Below, in pieces: positions 54,101 through 63,825 of a DNA stretch of 64,000 nt (position 1 is the stretch's first letter; each line of letters opens with the position of its first letter). Source of the DNA: Candidatus Tayloriibacteriota bacterium (lineage in GTDB: Bacteria; Patescibacteriota; Minisyncoccia; Phycocordibacterales; PALSA-1337); NCBI GenBank assembly GCA_943354385.1, contig CALRBR010000003.1, positions 1,926 through 65,925 on the forward strand. Reading direction: 5' to 3'. The translations under genes were made by a program, and so were the position numbers. Below the pieces are notes generated by a model, which saw only the letters and a list, made by a program, of their open reading frames with translations, had not been told where the DNA came from and did no database searches.

Positions 54101-55579
54101 CTACTTCTCCAAATCCAATGTCTCATCTATCCTTATCTGTGCCACAAACTCTGGGACATGGGAGACGAGAATCATCGCGCCCTTGTATTCAGAGAGAGCC
54201 TTTGCAATCAGAGGAAGGTGGCGAAAGTTAATATGGTTGGTCGGCTCGTCAAGAATAAGGAAACCTGGTTTCTCGAGGACTAGGCGAGCAAAAGCTACCA
54301 AACCTTTTTGCCCTTCAGAAAGACTTCCTATTTTTGTGTCGATCACATCTGAGGTAATGAGAAATCCTGATGCGACGGCACGCACTCGTTCCTGATCAAA
54401 TCCCCCAGCCGCGGTCATCAGTGACTTGAGTACTGTCTCATCAAAATTAAGTGTTGAAAAATCTTGTCTATAGTAGCCCACCTTCACTCCGTCAGTTATT
54501 TTAGTACCTGGAGCCGTACCTCGTGCCATAGCCTCAAGCAAAGTACTTTTACCGATACCGTTTGGACCACGCAAAAGTAAATGTTGTCCTCGTTTAAGAG
54601 AAATGTGGGATTTCCGGGCTACCGGCTTATGATTTTTACTTATTACAGTATATGAGGAAATGTTGACCAGCTCGCCGAGCATATCTTGGTGTGGAATTTC
54701 AAAAGGTCTGATAGTGCGATCCTCTTTGCGTACATCCACTTTTTCATCCTCAAGCTCTTCAGCTTTTTCTCGCATTCTTTTTGCCACCAAACGCATTTGG
54801 CCTCCCTTTTGAGCAAAAAAGTTGGCTTTGTCTTTGTTGTCTTGAATCTCTTTTGCGAGCTGGGCGTTTTTACGATTTTCTTTTTCAATACGAGCAGAAA
54901 TTTCTTTTACTACATCAAAATAATTACCGTGATACTGCTCGACTTTGCGAGTATGAATATCGAGATAAAGCACACCATCAGTAAACGCATTAAGAAAGTC
55001 TGCGTCATGAGAAATCACCACCACCGTCTTTTTATAGCCAGTTAAAAATTGTGTGAGGTGCTCGATACCGGCTTTGTCGAGGTTGTTGGTCGGCTCATCG
55101 AGAAGGAGGAGGTCTGGGTCTTGGATCAGGGCGGAAGCAAGGAGGAGACGTGCTTGCTGACCGCCTGAAAAGCTTTTAACGATTCGCTCGTGCATTTTGG
55201 CATGACCTTTGAGATTGACCACTTCCAGTACAGCATCAATACGAGGATCAATATCATACACTTTCTCAGTAAAACATTTTTCGAAAAATGCTCGGACAGT
55301 AAGTTCTAGGTCTGGCCGAGGAATGACCTGACGAGAGAGTGCTATCGTTACACCGTTCGTAAGATTTACTTTTCCTGATTCTGGCTTCAGCGCTTTAGTG
55401 ATGAGCTGAAAGATGGTGCTTTTGCCGGCACCGTTCTGACCCATAAATGTAATCTTTGTGCCACGACGAATGACAAAATTAGCCTCATCTAAAATAGGCT
55501 TGTTTTGTCCATAATCAAAGGATGTTTTTTCAAACGAAACGATGCTATCGGTTTTTGCCATGAGGTAGTACTGTAACAC
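54101..55579 (-). CDS. ABC-F family ATPase (tandem ABC domains, no TMD)
   Basis: 492 aa. Two Walker A motifs (GQNGAGKST, GPNGIGKST), two signature motifs (FSGGQQARL, LSEGQKGLV) and an inter-domain linker. Confidence 0.85.
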   Translation of the reverse strand: MLQYYLMAKTDSIVSFEKTSFDYGQNKPILDEANFVIRRGTKITFMGQNGAGKSTIFQLITKALKPESGKVNLTNGVTIALSRQVIPRPDLELTVRAFFEKCFTEKVYDIDPRIDAVLEVVNLKGHAKMHERIVKSFSGGQQARLLLASALIQDPDLLLLDEPTNNLDKAGIEHLTQFLTGYKKTVVVISHDADFLNAFTDGVLYLDIHTRKVEQYHGNYFDVVKEISARIEKENRKNAQLAKEIQDNKDKANFFAQKGGQMRLVAKRMREKAEELEDEKVDVRKEDRTIRPFEIPHQDMLGELVNISSYTVISKNHKPVARKSHISLKRGQHLLLRGPNGIGKSTLLEAMARGTAPGTKITDGVKVGYYRQDFSTLNFDETVLKSLMTAAGGFDQERVRAVASGFLITSDVIDTKIGSLSEGQKGLVAFARLVLEKPGFLILDEPTNHINFRHLPLIAKALSEYKGAMILVSHVPEFVAQIRIDETLDLEK

Positions 55580-55646
55580 GAGAATCGGAACGAATCAAGA
55601 TTTACTATTCACGATTTATGAATGGGAATGAAAACAAACGACTTAT

Positions 55647-55692
55647 ACAAATTAAAATAGCGCGACCTTTCGGTCGCGCTATTTTAATTTGT
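55647..55692. terminator. Long bidirectional terminator hairpin (CAAATTAAAATAGCGCGACC-tttc-GGTCGCGCTATTTTAATTTG)
   Basis: About 20-bp perfect stem. Lies 3' of the minus-strand csp and upstream of the ABC-F gene. Confidence 0.7.
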
Positions 55693-55711
55693 ATTCGTAC
55701 TTACGTACTAT

Positions 55712-55915
55712 TTACGCAACTACTGATACGTTGATCGCTGAAGGGCCTTTTGGTCCGTCACCGATTTCAAATGCAACTTTCATACCCTCTTTTAGAGCGT
55801 CGAAAGCAACACCTTTAAGATCCTTTGAATGGAAGAAAAGGTCCTTTGCTTCGCCTTCGCGTGCAATGAATCCAAATCCTCGATCTGTAAGAGTCTTGAT
55901 TGTTCCTGACATCAT
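55712..55915 (-). CDS. cspA: Cold-shock protein (CspA family)
   Basis: 67 aa. RNP motifs GFGFI and FFH. Confidence 0.9.
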   Translation of the reverse strand: MMSGTIKTLTDRGFGFIAREGEAKDLFFHSKDLKGVAFDALKEGMKVAFEIGDGPKGPSAINVSVVA

Positions 55916-56152
55916 GTGAATATTCTATTAGTTATACTAAGAAACTCGACTGCGTTTCTGTGCCTCTAGGCACCTATATATCAAGTATATACTATAAGTA
56001 TTATTTTGTCAAGCTTTTTGTATAAGATTTTCAATATTCACTTACAGGAATAGTAAGTACTGACAATATCAGAATGGCCCTACAGAGAATATATAAAACA
56101 AAAAGCCCGCACCCTCTGGCGCGCGCTTTTTTTGTTTGACTACTTTTAAAAA

Positions 56153-56410
56153 TTATGAGAGGTGCTTTGAAATATGTCCCGCCATCTTCATCATGTGCAC
56201 TGTCTTTTCCCCACCAAAAACCTTTTTTAACTTTTCATCATTGTTAATCATGCGCTTATCTTTTGGATCCTGAAGATTATTACCCTTGATGTAAACCCAG
56301 AGAGCTTTGACAACTTCTGATCGAGCCATTGGGCCCTTGCCAACAACAGCGGCTAGGTCAGCGCTCACAGTCAGCGGCTTCATAAATGCAGATGTAGCTT
56401 TTGGTGCCAT
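56153..56410 (-). CDS. SWIB/MDM2 domain protein
   Basis: 85 aa. PLTVSADLAAVVGKGPMARSEVVKALWVYIKGNNLQDPKDKRMINNDEKLKKVFG is the canonical SWIB domain pattern. Confidence 0.75.
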   Translation of the reverse strand: MAPKATSAFMKPLTVSADLAAVVGKGPMARSEVVKALWVYIKGNNLQDPKDKRMINNDEKLKKVFGGEKTVHMMKMAGHISKHLS

Positions 56411-56473
56411 ATATGTTTAATTATTTAATAACAAATCAATTGTATCACAGTGCAGGCGACTTGGGAAGCAGGG

Positions 56474-57214
56474 CTACTTTTTTATAAAACCCTCAAGGGC
56501 TTTCAGAGCCTCTACCGGTACCATGTACACTACGGTATTGCTTTGATCAGAAGACATGTCATTTATCGACTGGAGTGTTCTCAAATGAAGCGCTCCGGGT
56601 GTTTTTGCAAGCATTTCTGCCGCTTTTGCGATATTTTCTGATGCCGCAAGCTCCCCCTCGGAATTGATAATAACCGCTCGCTTTTCTCGTTCCGCTTCTG
56701 CTTGCTTACCGATAGTACGCTCCATATCTGCTGGCAAACTCACATCTTTCAATTCAACATTTTGAACTTTTAAACCCCAGGCATCAGTTTCCTTGTCGAC
56801 AATCTCCCTTATTCTATCCGCAATCTTATCTCGACTTGAAAGTAGCTCGTCGAGCGTGACCTCCCCTACAATATTTCGCATTGTTGTCTGTGCATATTGA
56901 GAAATCGCGTATTTAAAGTCTTCTACTTCAACTATCGCTTTGTTTGCATCACTTACTTTATAATAAATAACTGCATTTACTTTTACAGTCACATTATCTC
57001 GTGTGATGGCATTTTGATCTGGCACGTCAACTGCCTTTGTACGTATGTCCACCTTTTGGTACCCCTGAACTACAGGTAAAACAAGTCTCCAGCCAGGTTC
57101 CATAATCGAAGTAAACCTACCAAAGGTAAATTTTACCCCTCTTTCATATTGATTGATTTGGCGGATACTGATTAGTATTAAAAACAGAACAATAGCTAAA
57201 ATTGTATACAACAT
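56474..57214 (-). CDS. SPFH/band-7 (stomatin/prohibitin-like) membrane protein
   Basis: 246 aa. N-terminal TM helix then SPFH domain (RGVKFTFGRF..NVTVKVNAVIYYKV). Confidence 0.85.
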   Translation of the reverse strand: MLYTILAIVLFLILISIRQINQYERGVKFTFGRFTSIMEPGWRLVLPVVQGYQKVDIRTKAVDVPDQNAITRDNVTVKVNAVIYYKVSDANKAIVEVEDFKYAISQYAQTTMRNIVGEVTLDELLSSRDKIADRIREIVDKETDAWGLKVQNVELKDVSLPADMERTIGKQAEAEREKRAVIINSEGELAASENIAKAAEMLAKTPGALHLRTLQSINDMSSDQSNTVVYMVPVEALKALEGFIKK

Positions 57215-57272
57215 AATATGGTGTTAATAATTAAATCTGCTTAGTGTGAATACTAGCACAAGTTATTACAAA

Positions 57273-57533
57273 TTAGAATTCTTCTTTTTTCTGACTCATC
57301 AGACTTATTTTTCTCTCTCTCGACCAGCTTTGTAACTCCATTTCCCTCTTTCGTGCCTCAGAAAACGTTTTGTAGGTTTCAAAATACTTGAGTACGACAG
57401 GTCGGCGGATTTTAGTATAATGTGCGCCTGTTTTAGAGTTGTTGTGTTGATGTACCCGCTTTTCCAAATCATTTGTAAAGCCTGTATAAAAAGTCTTGTC
57501 ATTGCACTCGAGAATGTAGGTGTAGTAAAGCAT
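57273..57533 (-). CDS. GIY-YIG nuclease family protein (UPF0213/YhbQ-like)
   Basis: 86 aa. YTYILECNDKTFYTGFTNDLEKRVHQHN..E. Confidence 0.8.
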   Translation of the reverse strand: MLYYTYILECNDKTFYTGFTNDLEKRVHQHNNSKTGAHYTKIRRPVVLKYFETYKTFSEARKREMELQSWSRERKISLMSQKKEEF

Positions 57534-58156
57534 TATTTTTTTGTGACTATGAATTTGATTTTCTCGACAAGCTCAGGAAAAATCTCCTGATTGAAATGCT
57601 GGCGATTCTCAATTAAAATAGCTTCTGCCTCTGGAAGAGCTTTTTGATATTTATAAAAATTAGACACAGGAACAACCGAGTCGTCTGAGCTGTGGTAAAT
57701 ATAAATGTTTTGAATTTGTTCTGATAGTTTATTCAAATTGGTAGGTAAAATAAAGTCAACCAACGAATCTTCAAAGTCTGCATCATCATACGGAGCCGAG
57801 ATCATAAAAACTGCTTTGATCTTCTTTGAAACAGTTTCCTCAGACAAATATTTTGCCAGGAAAATACCACCCAGAGAATGTCCGATCAAAATACATCCTT
57901 CCTCGAGAAAAGGTGCTATTTTATCAAACCAAATTTTCCATTCGAGGTATTTGGCATTCTTTTTGTTGGGCATTTGCGGAAGTATCACCTGGAAGTTATT
58001 ACCCAGCTTGTCTGCGAGACCTGTTTTCCAGTCTTCTTGCATCAGTCGTGTAAAGTCCAGTTTTTTCGCCTGCAAATTTTCCAGATATTCTTCATAAGTA
58101 TCAAATGTCTCCCCTCCGTGTAGTACAATAACTTGAGTTTTCATAAGATATTTCAA
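57533..58156 (-). CDS. Alpha/beta hydrolase (YdeN/RBBP9-like serine hydrolase)
   Basis: 207 aa. GHSLGG nucleophile elbow. Start at 58156 or 58141. Confidence 0.7.
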   Translation of the reverse strand: MKYLMKTQVIVLHGGETFDTYEEYLENLQAKKLDFTRLMQEDWKTGLADKLGNNFQVILPQMPNKKNAKYLEWKIWFDKIAPFLEEGCILIGHSLGGIFLAKYLSEETVSKKIKAVFMISAPYDDADFEDSLVDFILPTNLNKLSEQIQNIYIYHSSDDSVVPVSNFYKYQKALPEAEAILIENRQHFNQEIFPELVEKIKFIVTKK

Positions 58157-58774
58157 GAATACAATATCTCTGGGTATTTAACAACAGTTTTTATAAGGAA
58201 ATGGTCGCTGACTGAGCAATCTTGTTGATATAAAAAATCGCCTGCGGGACTTGGACCATGAGTACATTTATCTCCCGCGACTAAATTTTGCTACCCGCAG
58301 AATTTGTCTGGACACCGCCTAACATTTTTATTTACTAATAAAAAAGGGCTCCGGAGTTCGATTCCAAGCGAAGGTAGTACCCACCACTTTCTTCCCGCAT
58401 AAAAATACCTTTGGTATTTTGGCTGCGGGACTTGGACGCTTCGCTATCTCACTCGCCCTCCGTGTGTCGGGCTCTTTAGAAACCCACGGTTTCTAACACT
58501 CGAGTACTCGTTGTTTTCCTCCACGGGGAACTCCCGTTCCCCGACCACTCCCCGTTCGATTCCAAGTCCCTCCGTAAAACGGCGCTTTGCGCGTTTGGCT
58601 GTGTCTCCTGAACAAAATCCGAACTTTTTACCAACAAAATCCCGATGTGGAATGAATCGTTCCGCCACTGCCTCGCTTCACTCGGCAACACCAAAGAAAA
58701 ATGTTCCTTGCTTTCCTGATTTGGCGGTGGTGAAATTTTTCTTGAAAAAGGAAAGGACATTTTTCTTCGGTGTT

Positions 58775-58967
58775 CTGCCCTCAAGGTCTCGGGCAGGTGG
58801 CGGAACAATGTGGACGAAGTTTTGGCAAAACTATTTTTTGGGGAAAGGATTTGCCAAAACTTCGGCTCATTTGTTTTTGAATTCGGATGTCGCAAATGGA
58901 AAAAGAGGGGTTTGGGGAGGAATTTTCCATTTGCTCCTCTTTTTGTTTTGGCGAAATTCGGGGCGGA
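58775..58967 (+). repeat. Left terminal inverted repeat of the R-M cassette (repeat family copy B)
   Basis: 58802-58967 is the reverse complement of 63834-64000, with 3 mismatches in ~166 bp. Confidence 0.85.
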
Positions 58968-58995
58968 CAAAAAACAGAAAAATCAAATCCAATTT

Positions 58996-61038
58996 TCATT
59001 CTTTCACTATTTTTATAGAAAATTGTATATTTTCGGCTTGATAATTCAAACGTTCACATATTTTTGCTAAAAATGCGATTATTCCATTAGCACTCATATT
59101 ACCCTCTACGACTTCATTCGTGCGAAATTCTAGTGAGTGTCTAAGCGGTTTGTCTTTATTAAAATACCATTTGAATTCTGAACTATTCTGAATTTCAGTA
59201 AATTGTGTCGGAGAATATTCGTATAAGAAATTGCAAGTTTTAGTTAGTAAATCTCTCCAATTTTTTAATTCAATTCCTTTTTCATCTTCTTCAAAATATA
59301 AATGAGAGGGCTTGCTTCGACTAAAACTATCTTCACTGGTTAAATCAAATAACTGTTCTTCTGGAATTGGTTTTGAATATGTTGTTTTTGGGTATGGCCA
59401 AATGTCTTTAGCATTTTTGACTAGATCTTTTGCTCTTTCCACTATTTTTTCTTCATTCCAAATTGTTAAACCCTCAAGTTTATAATTTAATTTTAGTCTA
59501 CTAACTTGAAAATCAATCTGTTGCTTATCTTCAAAAGAACTGTTTGATAATTCAGTATTTTTTGCAGTTAAACTTAAATTTCCAAGAGTGTGTAGATATT
59601 TATTATGTATTTCTTGCCAATTTTCTCCTAGTTTATTTTTCCAATCCTTTGTTAAAGTTTGAGGCATTATATGTTCAACAGTTAATTCATCTAAACTGAC
59701 GGGATAAGCGGAGTGGAAATTTTCTAAAGATTCTAACAAGAAATTTCTATTTTTTGATTGAAGTCTATATATCTCTTTATTTATAAGTGCACTTTCAAAT
59801 TCTTCATTGTTTGGAAATCTCTGAGAGACTCTTTTTTCAAGTAGAATATAACTCAAAATATTAATATATTGCTCTTTCCACGACTCTTCTTTTTTAATAT
59901 CTCTAGCTAGGGAAATAAATAACTTATTCAATCCTTGCGTAGTATTGTCTACTAAAATCTTTCTAAAAGCATAACTTTCTATGATAAGAAGGATATCTTT
60001 TGTAGTTTCTTCCGTTATATTTTTAGAATCTAGCTCATTAAAAACATCCAACAAGTACGGATAACAAACTGTGAACTCTATTTTATTTATTTTTAACAGT
60101 TCTTTATTGATGGCACTATTGGGATGATTTTGAATTTGTGTTAACCAGCTATAAATTCCAGCAAAATATAATAAGTCTTTCAAGACACCTTCCTTGTTTT
60201 TATAGAAGTTATCTGTTGATAATTTTTTAAAAACAGAGTAAACATCATCTTTTTTAACCCAAATCCTTAGTTTAAAAATTAAATAATTTCTTACAAATTC
60301 CGCTATATCACCAGTTGATTTTTCAATTTCAACCCAGTATTTCTTATACATTTGCTCTTGTTGGAGCGGTTCTAAATCCATTAGGATATAATTGCGTATC
60401 AAATCACCAGCGGTAAGATCTACTCCAGTAGAATTTAAGCTTTCAAAAATCAATTGGGGATCGTCTTGCCCCCTCACCAAATCTATTAAAACTATTTTTA
60501 ATCTTCTAAATGCCTCGAATAGTTGTTGAGGAGTTAATGCTTCAGATGAAATTTTATCAAAAAAGAAATTATAGTTAGTAACTATATTAGAATTAGCATT
60601 TAAGTTATTGGAATTTTCAAACAGATTTTCAAAATTCTCCTTATCTTGTTTGTTTGGCTTTAATCTAATTCTTTTATCTTTTTCGGGAGAATATTTATTA
60701 ACAAGAAAATCTAATAACTGCTCTATTAAAATATTTTCTTCATTATTTTTTGTTTCTTTTGTCTTTAAAAACTTGTGTAAGGCGATCAACATGATCGAAA
60801 CCGTTGTTAGTCTTTGTTGCCCATCAATTATGGTATATTCCTCAAATCCGCTACCAATTGTAACAAGAGTACCCAAAAAATGATCACTCCTAGTATTGTT
60901 ATTCAGGTCTACTAAATCATCCCATAGCTTCTGACAATTTATTCTTGTCCAAGCATAATCTCTTTGGTATACAGGTATAGCAAAACTTTTCCCTGTGCCT
61001 TCTAAGAATTGATAAATTGGTAATTGTTGAACTTGCAT
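58996..61038 (-). CDS. GmrSD-like type IV (modification-dependent) restriction enzyme, DUF262 + DUF1524 architecture
   Basis: 680 aa. N-terminal DUF262/ParB-like NTPase with IPVYQRDYAW and DGQQRLTT motifs. C-terminal DUF1524 His-Me finger (ELTVEHIMPQT..W..LGNLSL). Confidence 0.8.
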   Translation of the reverse strand: MQVQQLPIYQFLEGTGKSFAIPVYQRDYAWTRINCQKLWDDLVDLNNNTRSDHFLGTLVTIGSGFEEYTIIDGQQRLTTVSIMLIALHKFLKTKETKNNEENILIEQLLDFLVNKYSPEKDKRIRLKPNKQDKENFENLFENSNNLNANSNIVTNYNFFFDKISSEALTPQQLFEAFRRLKIVLIDLVRGQDDPQLIFESLNSTGVDLTAGDLIRNYILMDLEPLQQEQMYKKYWVEIEKSTGDIAEFVRNYLIFKLRIWVKKDDVYSVFKKLSTDNFYKNKEGVLKDLLYFAGIYSWLTQIQNHPNSAINKELLKINKIEFTVCYPYLLDVFNELDSKNITEETTKDILLIIESYAFRKILVDNTTQGLNKLFISLARDIKKEESWKEQYINILSYILLEKRVSQRFPNNEEFESALINKEIYRLQSKNRNFLLESLENFHSAYPVSLDELTVEHIMPQTLTKDWKNKLGENWQEIHNKYLHTLGNLSLTAKNTELSNSSFEDKQQIDFQVSRLKLNYKLEGLTIWNEEKIVERAKDLVKNAKDIWPYPKTTYSKPIPEEQLFDLTSEDSFSRSKPSHLYFEEDEKGIELKNWRDLLTKTCNFLYEYSPTQFTEIQNSSEFKWYFNKDKPLRHSLEFRTNEVVEGNMSANGIIAFLAKICERLNYQAENIQFSIKIVKE

Positions 61039-61087
61039 AATAACTACATATTAGCATTTTTAGCCCTTAATATCAACGATTCTTAAT

Positions 61088-61837
61088 TTATTTTTGAAAC
61101 ACAAAAAGATGTTCGTGCATTATCAGTAAGAAGTTTGATTCCTTTGATTTTGTGACCCAAAAACCTGTTGCTTTGCAATTAAACTGTCTTTTGATTATGT
61201 CCTCTTTTAAAACAAAACCTACATCTAAAAACTTCTGCATTACCTTAAATGCAAGAGGTTGATACATTTTATTTCTGCGAGTGTCTCCCATTAAAATTGC
61301 ACAGTATTTTCCTTTCTTTAAAACTCGAAACAACTCTTTGGCAACTTTTTCTATTTCATCAACAAAAACGTCTATGTCGTGTATTCCCGAAAGATCTTCC
61401 TTAATCTTACCCTCACTGTATTTTATTATGTCTGCATAGGGAGGATGAGTTAAAACAAAATCAATTTCATTGTCTTTAATAAAGCTCATATCTCTCGCAT
61501 CACATTTCACGATCCGTTGTTTCGCTTTATTATCAACCTCAAATTCAAGAGATTTTTTAGTTCTCTCTAGTGCTTCTTCATTTACATCAATACAAGTAAT
61601 ATGGCGATTTAGTATCTTTGCTTCTATTGCCGTAGTACCTCCACCGATCATGCAATCGAGCAAGTGATCTTTTTCTTTTGAATAACGCAAAATAAGATTG
61701 CGGGCTACTTCGGGCGACCAGTTTCCGCGCCAGTCAGAAGTATGCGTTGCCCAATTACCACGACGAGGAAAAGCCCATACGGTTGTACACTCTAGTTCAA
61801 ATTCATCTGGGTTAAGTTTCATCTCTATTTCAGACAT
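61088..61837 (-). CDS. SAM-dependent DNA methyltransferase (amino-MTase; motif I before motif IV)
   Basis: 249 aa. AdoMet motif LLDCMIGGGTTAIEA. Catalytic (D/H)PPY-type motif DFVLTHPPYADII. Its start abuts the REase stop (61837/61838). Confidence 0.75.
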   Translation of the reverse strand: MSEIEMKLNPDEFELECTTVWAFPRRGNWATHTSDWRGNWSPEVARNLILRYSKEKDHLLDCMIGGGTTAIEAKILNRHITCIDVNEEALERTKKSLEFEVDNKAKQRIVKCDARDMSFIKDNEIDFVLTHPPYADIIKYSEGKIKEDLSGIHDIDVFVDEIEKVAKELFRVLKKGKYCAILMGDTRRNKMYQPLAFKVMQKFLDVGFVLKEDIIKRQFNCKATGFWVTKSKESNFLLIMHEHLFVFQK

Positions 61838-62437
61838 TTAGACGATTTTATATTTTTTAGATTTAACTAATTTAATAGAATCGTAACTATTTTTATCTGT
61901 AAACTTATATTGCCAAATTAAATACTCATCAATTCTTTTTTCAAAAAACAATAGGAAAACTTCTTTTTTTGTATGTTCTGTCCATTGTCTGTATGGATAA
62001 TATAATTGCCTAATTATTGTATTTTTTGTAGATGAATTTTTAGCTTCTATTAGAACAATTTTATTTTTTCCTTCATAACCAGCATCAACTTCTGTCTGAA
62101 CCCCCTTCGTTTCAATTGTGGTATTACCAATTTTATAACTAAACTCCGGTGTATATTTTCTCCCTCTGATTGCTAGCACAAGCGAAGGATCGTCCATGAA
62201 TGTTCTAATGAGACTTGAAGCATAGGCAAAATCAAGATGTTGCATCTCAGAATTTCCAATTTTTGCTGTGTCTAAATCAAAATCGAGCTTGGTATTATAA
62301 ATTTCAGCTTCACTTTTAATTTCAGGAATATCAACATATCCCTCGGCTTTTACAAGAACATATTGACCATTTTTTACTGGCAATAAGACTAGCCCATTTT
62401 CTTTCATTATTACTGGAACACTTTCTCTTGTATCCAT
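61838..62437 (-). CDS. Putative type II restriction endonuclease (PD-(D/E)xK)
   Basis: 199 aa. Candidate catalytic core ..TEVDAGYEGKNKIVLIEAKN.. (D...E-A-K). Sandwiched between two MTase genes. Confidence 0.5.
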   Translation of the reverse strand: MDTRESVPVIMKENGLVLLPVKNGQYVLVKAEGYVDIPEIKSEAEIYNTKLDFDLDTAKIGNSEMQHLDFAYASSLIRTFMDDPSLVLAIRGRKYTPEFSYKIGNTTIETKGVQTEVDAGYEGKNKIVLIEAKNSSTKNTIIRQLYYPYRQWTEHTKKEVFLLFFEKRIDEYLIWQYKFTDKNSYDSIKLVKSKKYKIV

Positions 62438-62600
62438 CTTGCATAAAATCCGAACTTCTTTTTCTGTTGTACTTTTAAAATCTTGAACTGATTTTTTTAT
62501 ATCTTTTGCAGATAAATAAAATGGTGATTTAGAAAAATTATGTTCTAAAATTTTGTTATCCTTAAATATTTTTGTCCAAGAATTATTGTTAGCCTTAAAT

Positions 62601-63557
62601 TTAATAATTAGTTACCAATACCTCTGTAATTTTTCCTCTTTTAGAAGCGTCGGAGTTAATGGCACGACCCGCTTGTACTTTTGTAATACGGACACCTTTA
62701 ATCTTGGAATAAATTTTGTTAATAAATGCAGTGTCGGAATTTGAAAGCATAACAAAACAACCTCGTTTGTGTAGTTCTACAAATGTATCTCTTAGTTCGG
62801 TTTGCTCTTTATCTAAAAATGCCTCGCTGGTGTATGAAGTAAATGACGCGGTTTTACTTACTGGATAATATGGTGGATCAAAATAAACAAAATCTCCTTT
62901 CTTTGCTTTTTTAAGCACTTCTCTGTAATCCTGTTTTATTATCTCAACATTTTTCAATGCTTTTGATGCTTTTCTAAGATTATTTTCATCACAAATAAGA
63001 GGGTTTGTATATTTACCAAACGGAACATTAAACCCACCTTTGCTGTTCACGCGATACATACCATTGAAACAAGTTCTGTTCAGATAGATAAAACGAGAGG
63101 CAGTATTTAAATCAGAAAGCTTTTCTGGATTTTGTGCCCGTATTTTTAGAAAATATTCCTTGTCTAGTTTATGTTTTTTGAGTGATTTTATTAGACTTTC
63201 AACATCACTTTTAATTACATTGTAAGTGATAACAAGTTCATTGTTCAAATCAGAAAGATAAGCTGTTTCAGGAAGAAGATCAAAGAATACTGCACCTCCG
63301 CCGACAAATGGTTCAAAATATTTTCCGCTTTGTGGATCAAATTTTTCTGGTGGATAAAGATTCATTAAACGAAATTGTGCGAGGAGTTGTCTTTTTCCAC
63401 CAACCCACTTAACAAAAGGTTTTGGTTTTTCTGCAATAATGCGGGAAGCGTCTTCAATGAGTTTTGTTTTATCTGCAAGCGAAAAAACCCTGTAAGCATA
63501 AATCGAATTTATGTTGAAGGTTTCTTTAATTTCTAAAATTGCTTGGTCTTTTGTCAT
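62601..63557 (-). CDS. Dam-family (D12 class, alpha) N6-adenine DNA methyltransferase
   Basis: 318 aa. KWVGGKRQLL (Dam motif). Motif I YFEPFVGGGAVFF. Motif IV VYFDPPYYP. Confidence 0.85.
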   Translation of the reverse strand: MTKDQAILEIKETFNINSIYAYRVFSLADKTKLIEDASRIIAEKPKPFVKWVGGKRQLLAQFRLMNLYPPEKFDPQSGKYFEPFVGGGAVFFDLLPETAYLSDLNNELVITYNVIKSDVESLIKSLKKHKLDKEYFLKIRAQNPEKLSDLNTASRFIYLNRTCFNGMYRVNSKGGFNVPFGKYTNPLICDENNLRKASKALKNVEIIKQDYREVLKKAKKGDFVYFDPPYYPVSKTASFTSYTSEAFLDKEQTELRDTFVELHKRGCFVMLSNSDTAFINKIYSKIKGVRITKVQAGRAINSDASKRGKITEVLVTNY

Positions 63558-63561
63558 ATGT

Positions 63562-63774
63562 CTATTTTAACAATTCATCGCTCGAAACACCAAGGGCTTT
63601 GGCAATATTAGTAATGGTTGAAAGTGTCGGGTTTGTCTTCCCATTTTCAATATTGCTTATAAAACTTCGGCTAACGCCGAGGTTTCGGACAATATCGCCC
63701 TGTGTTATGCCTTTTTCTGTTCGGATACGCTTTAAATTCTTGCCTAATTTCGCAGATTCGCTTTTCATATCCAC
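63562..63774 (-). CDS. R-M controller (C) protein, XRE-family HTH
   Basis: 70 aa. HTH_3 (LKRIRTEKGITQGDIVRNLGVSRSFISNIENGK). First gene of the cassette, 4 nt upstream of the Dam-like MTase. Confidence 0.75.
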   Translation of the reverse strand: MDMKSESAKLGKNLKRIRTEKGITQGDIVRNLGVSRSFISNIENGKTNPTLSTITNIAKALGVSSDELLK

Positions 63775-63825
63775 AGTATAGCACTAACATTTACATTATA
63801 CACCAATATTATAGTATAATGTAAT

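Noticed and set aside
58345-58575. tRNA-like GTTCGATTCC strings and a CCCACCA end, suggesting a tRNA or tmRNA gene at the cassette border
   Set aside because: Flanking bases do not form T-stems, and no acceptor, D or anticodon arms can be drawn on either strand. The tmRNA 5' and 3' consensus is also not satisfied.
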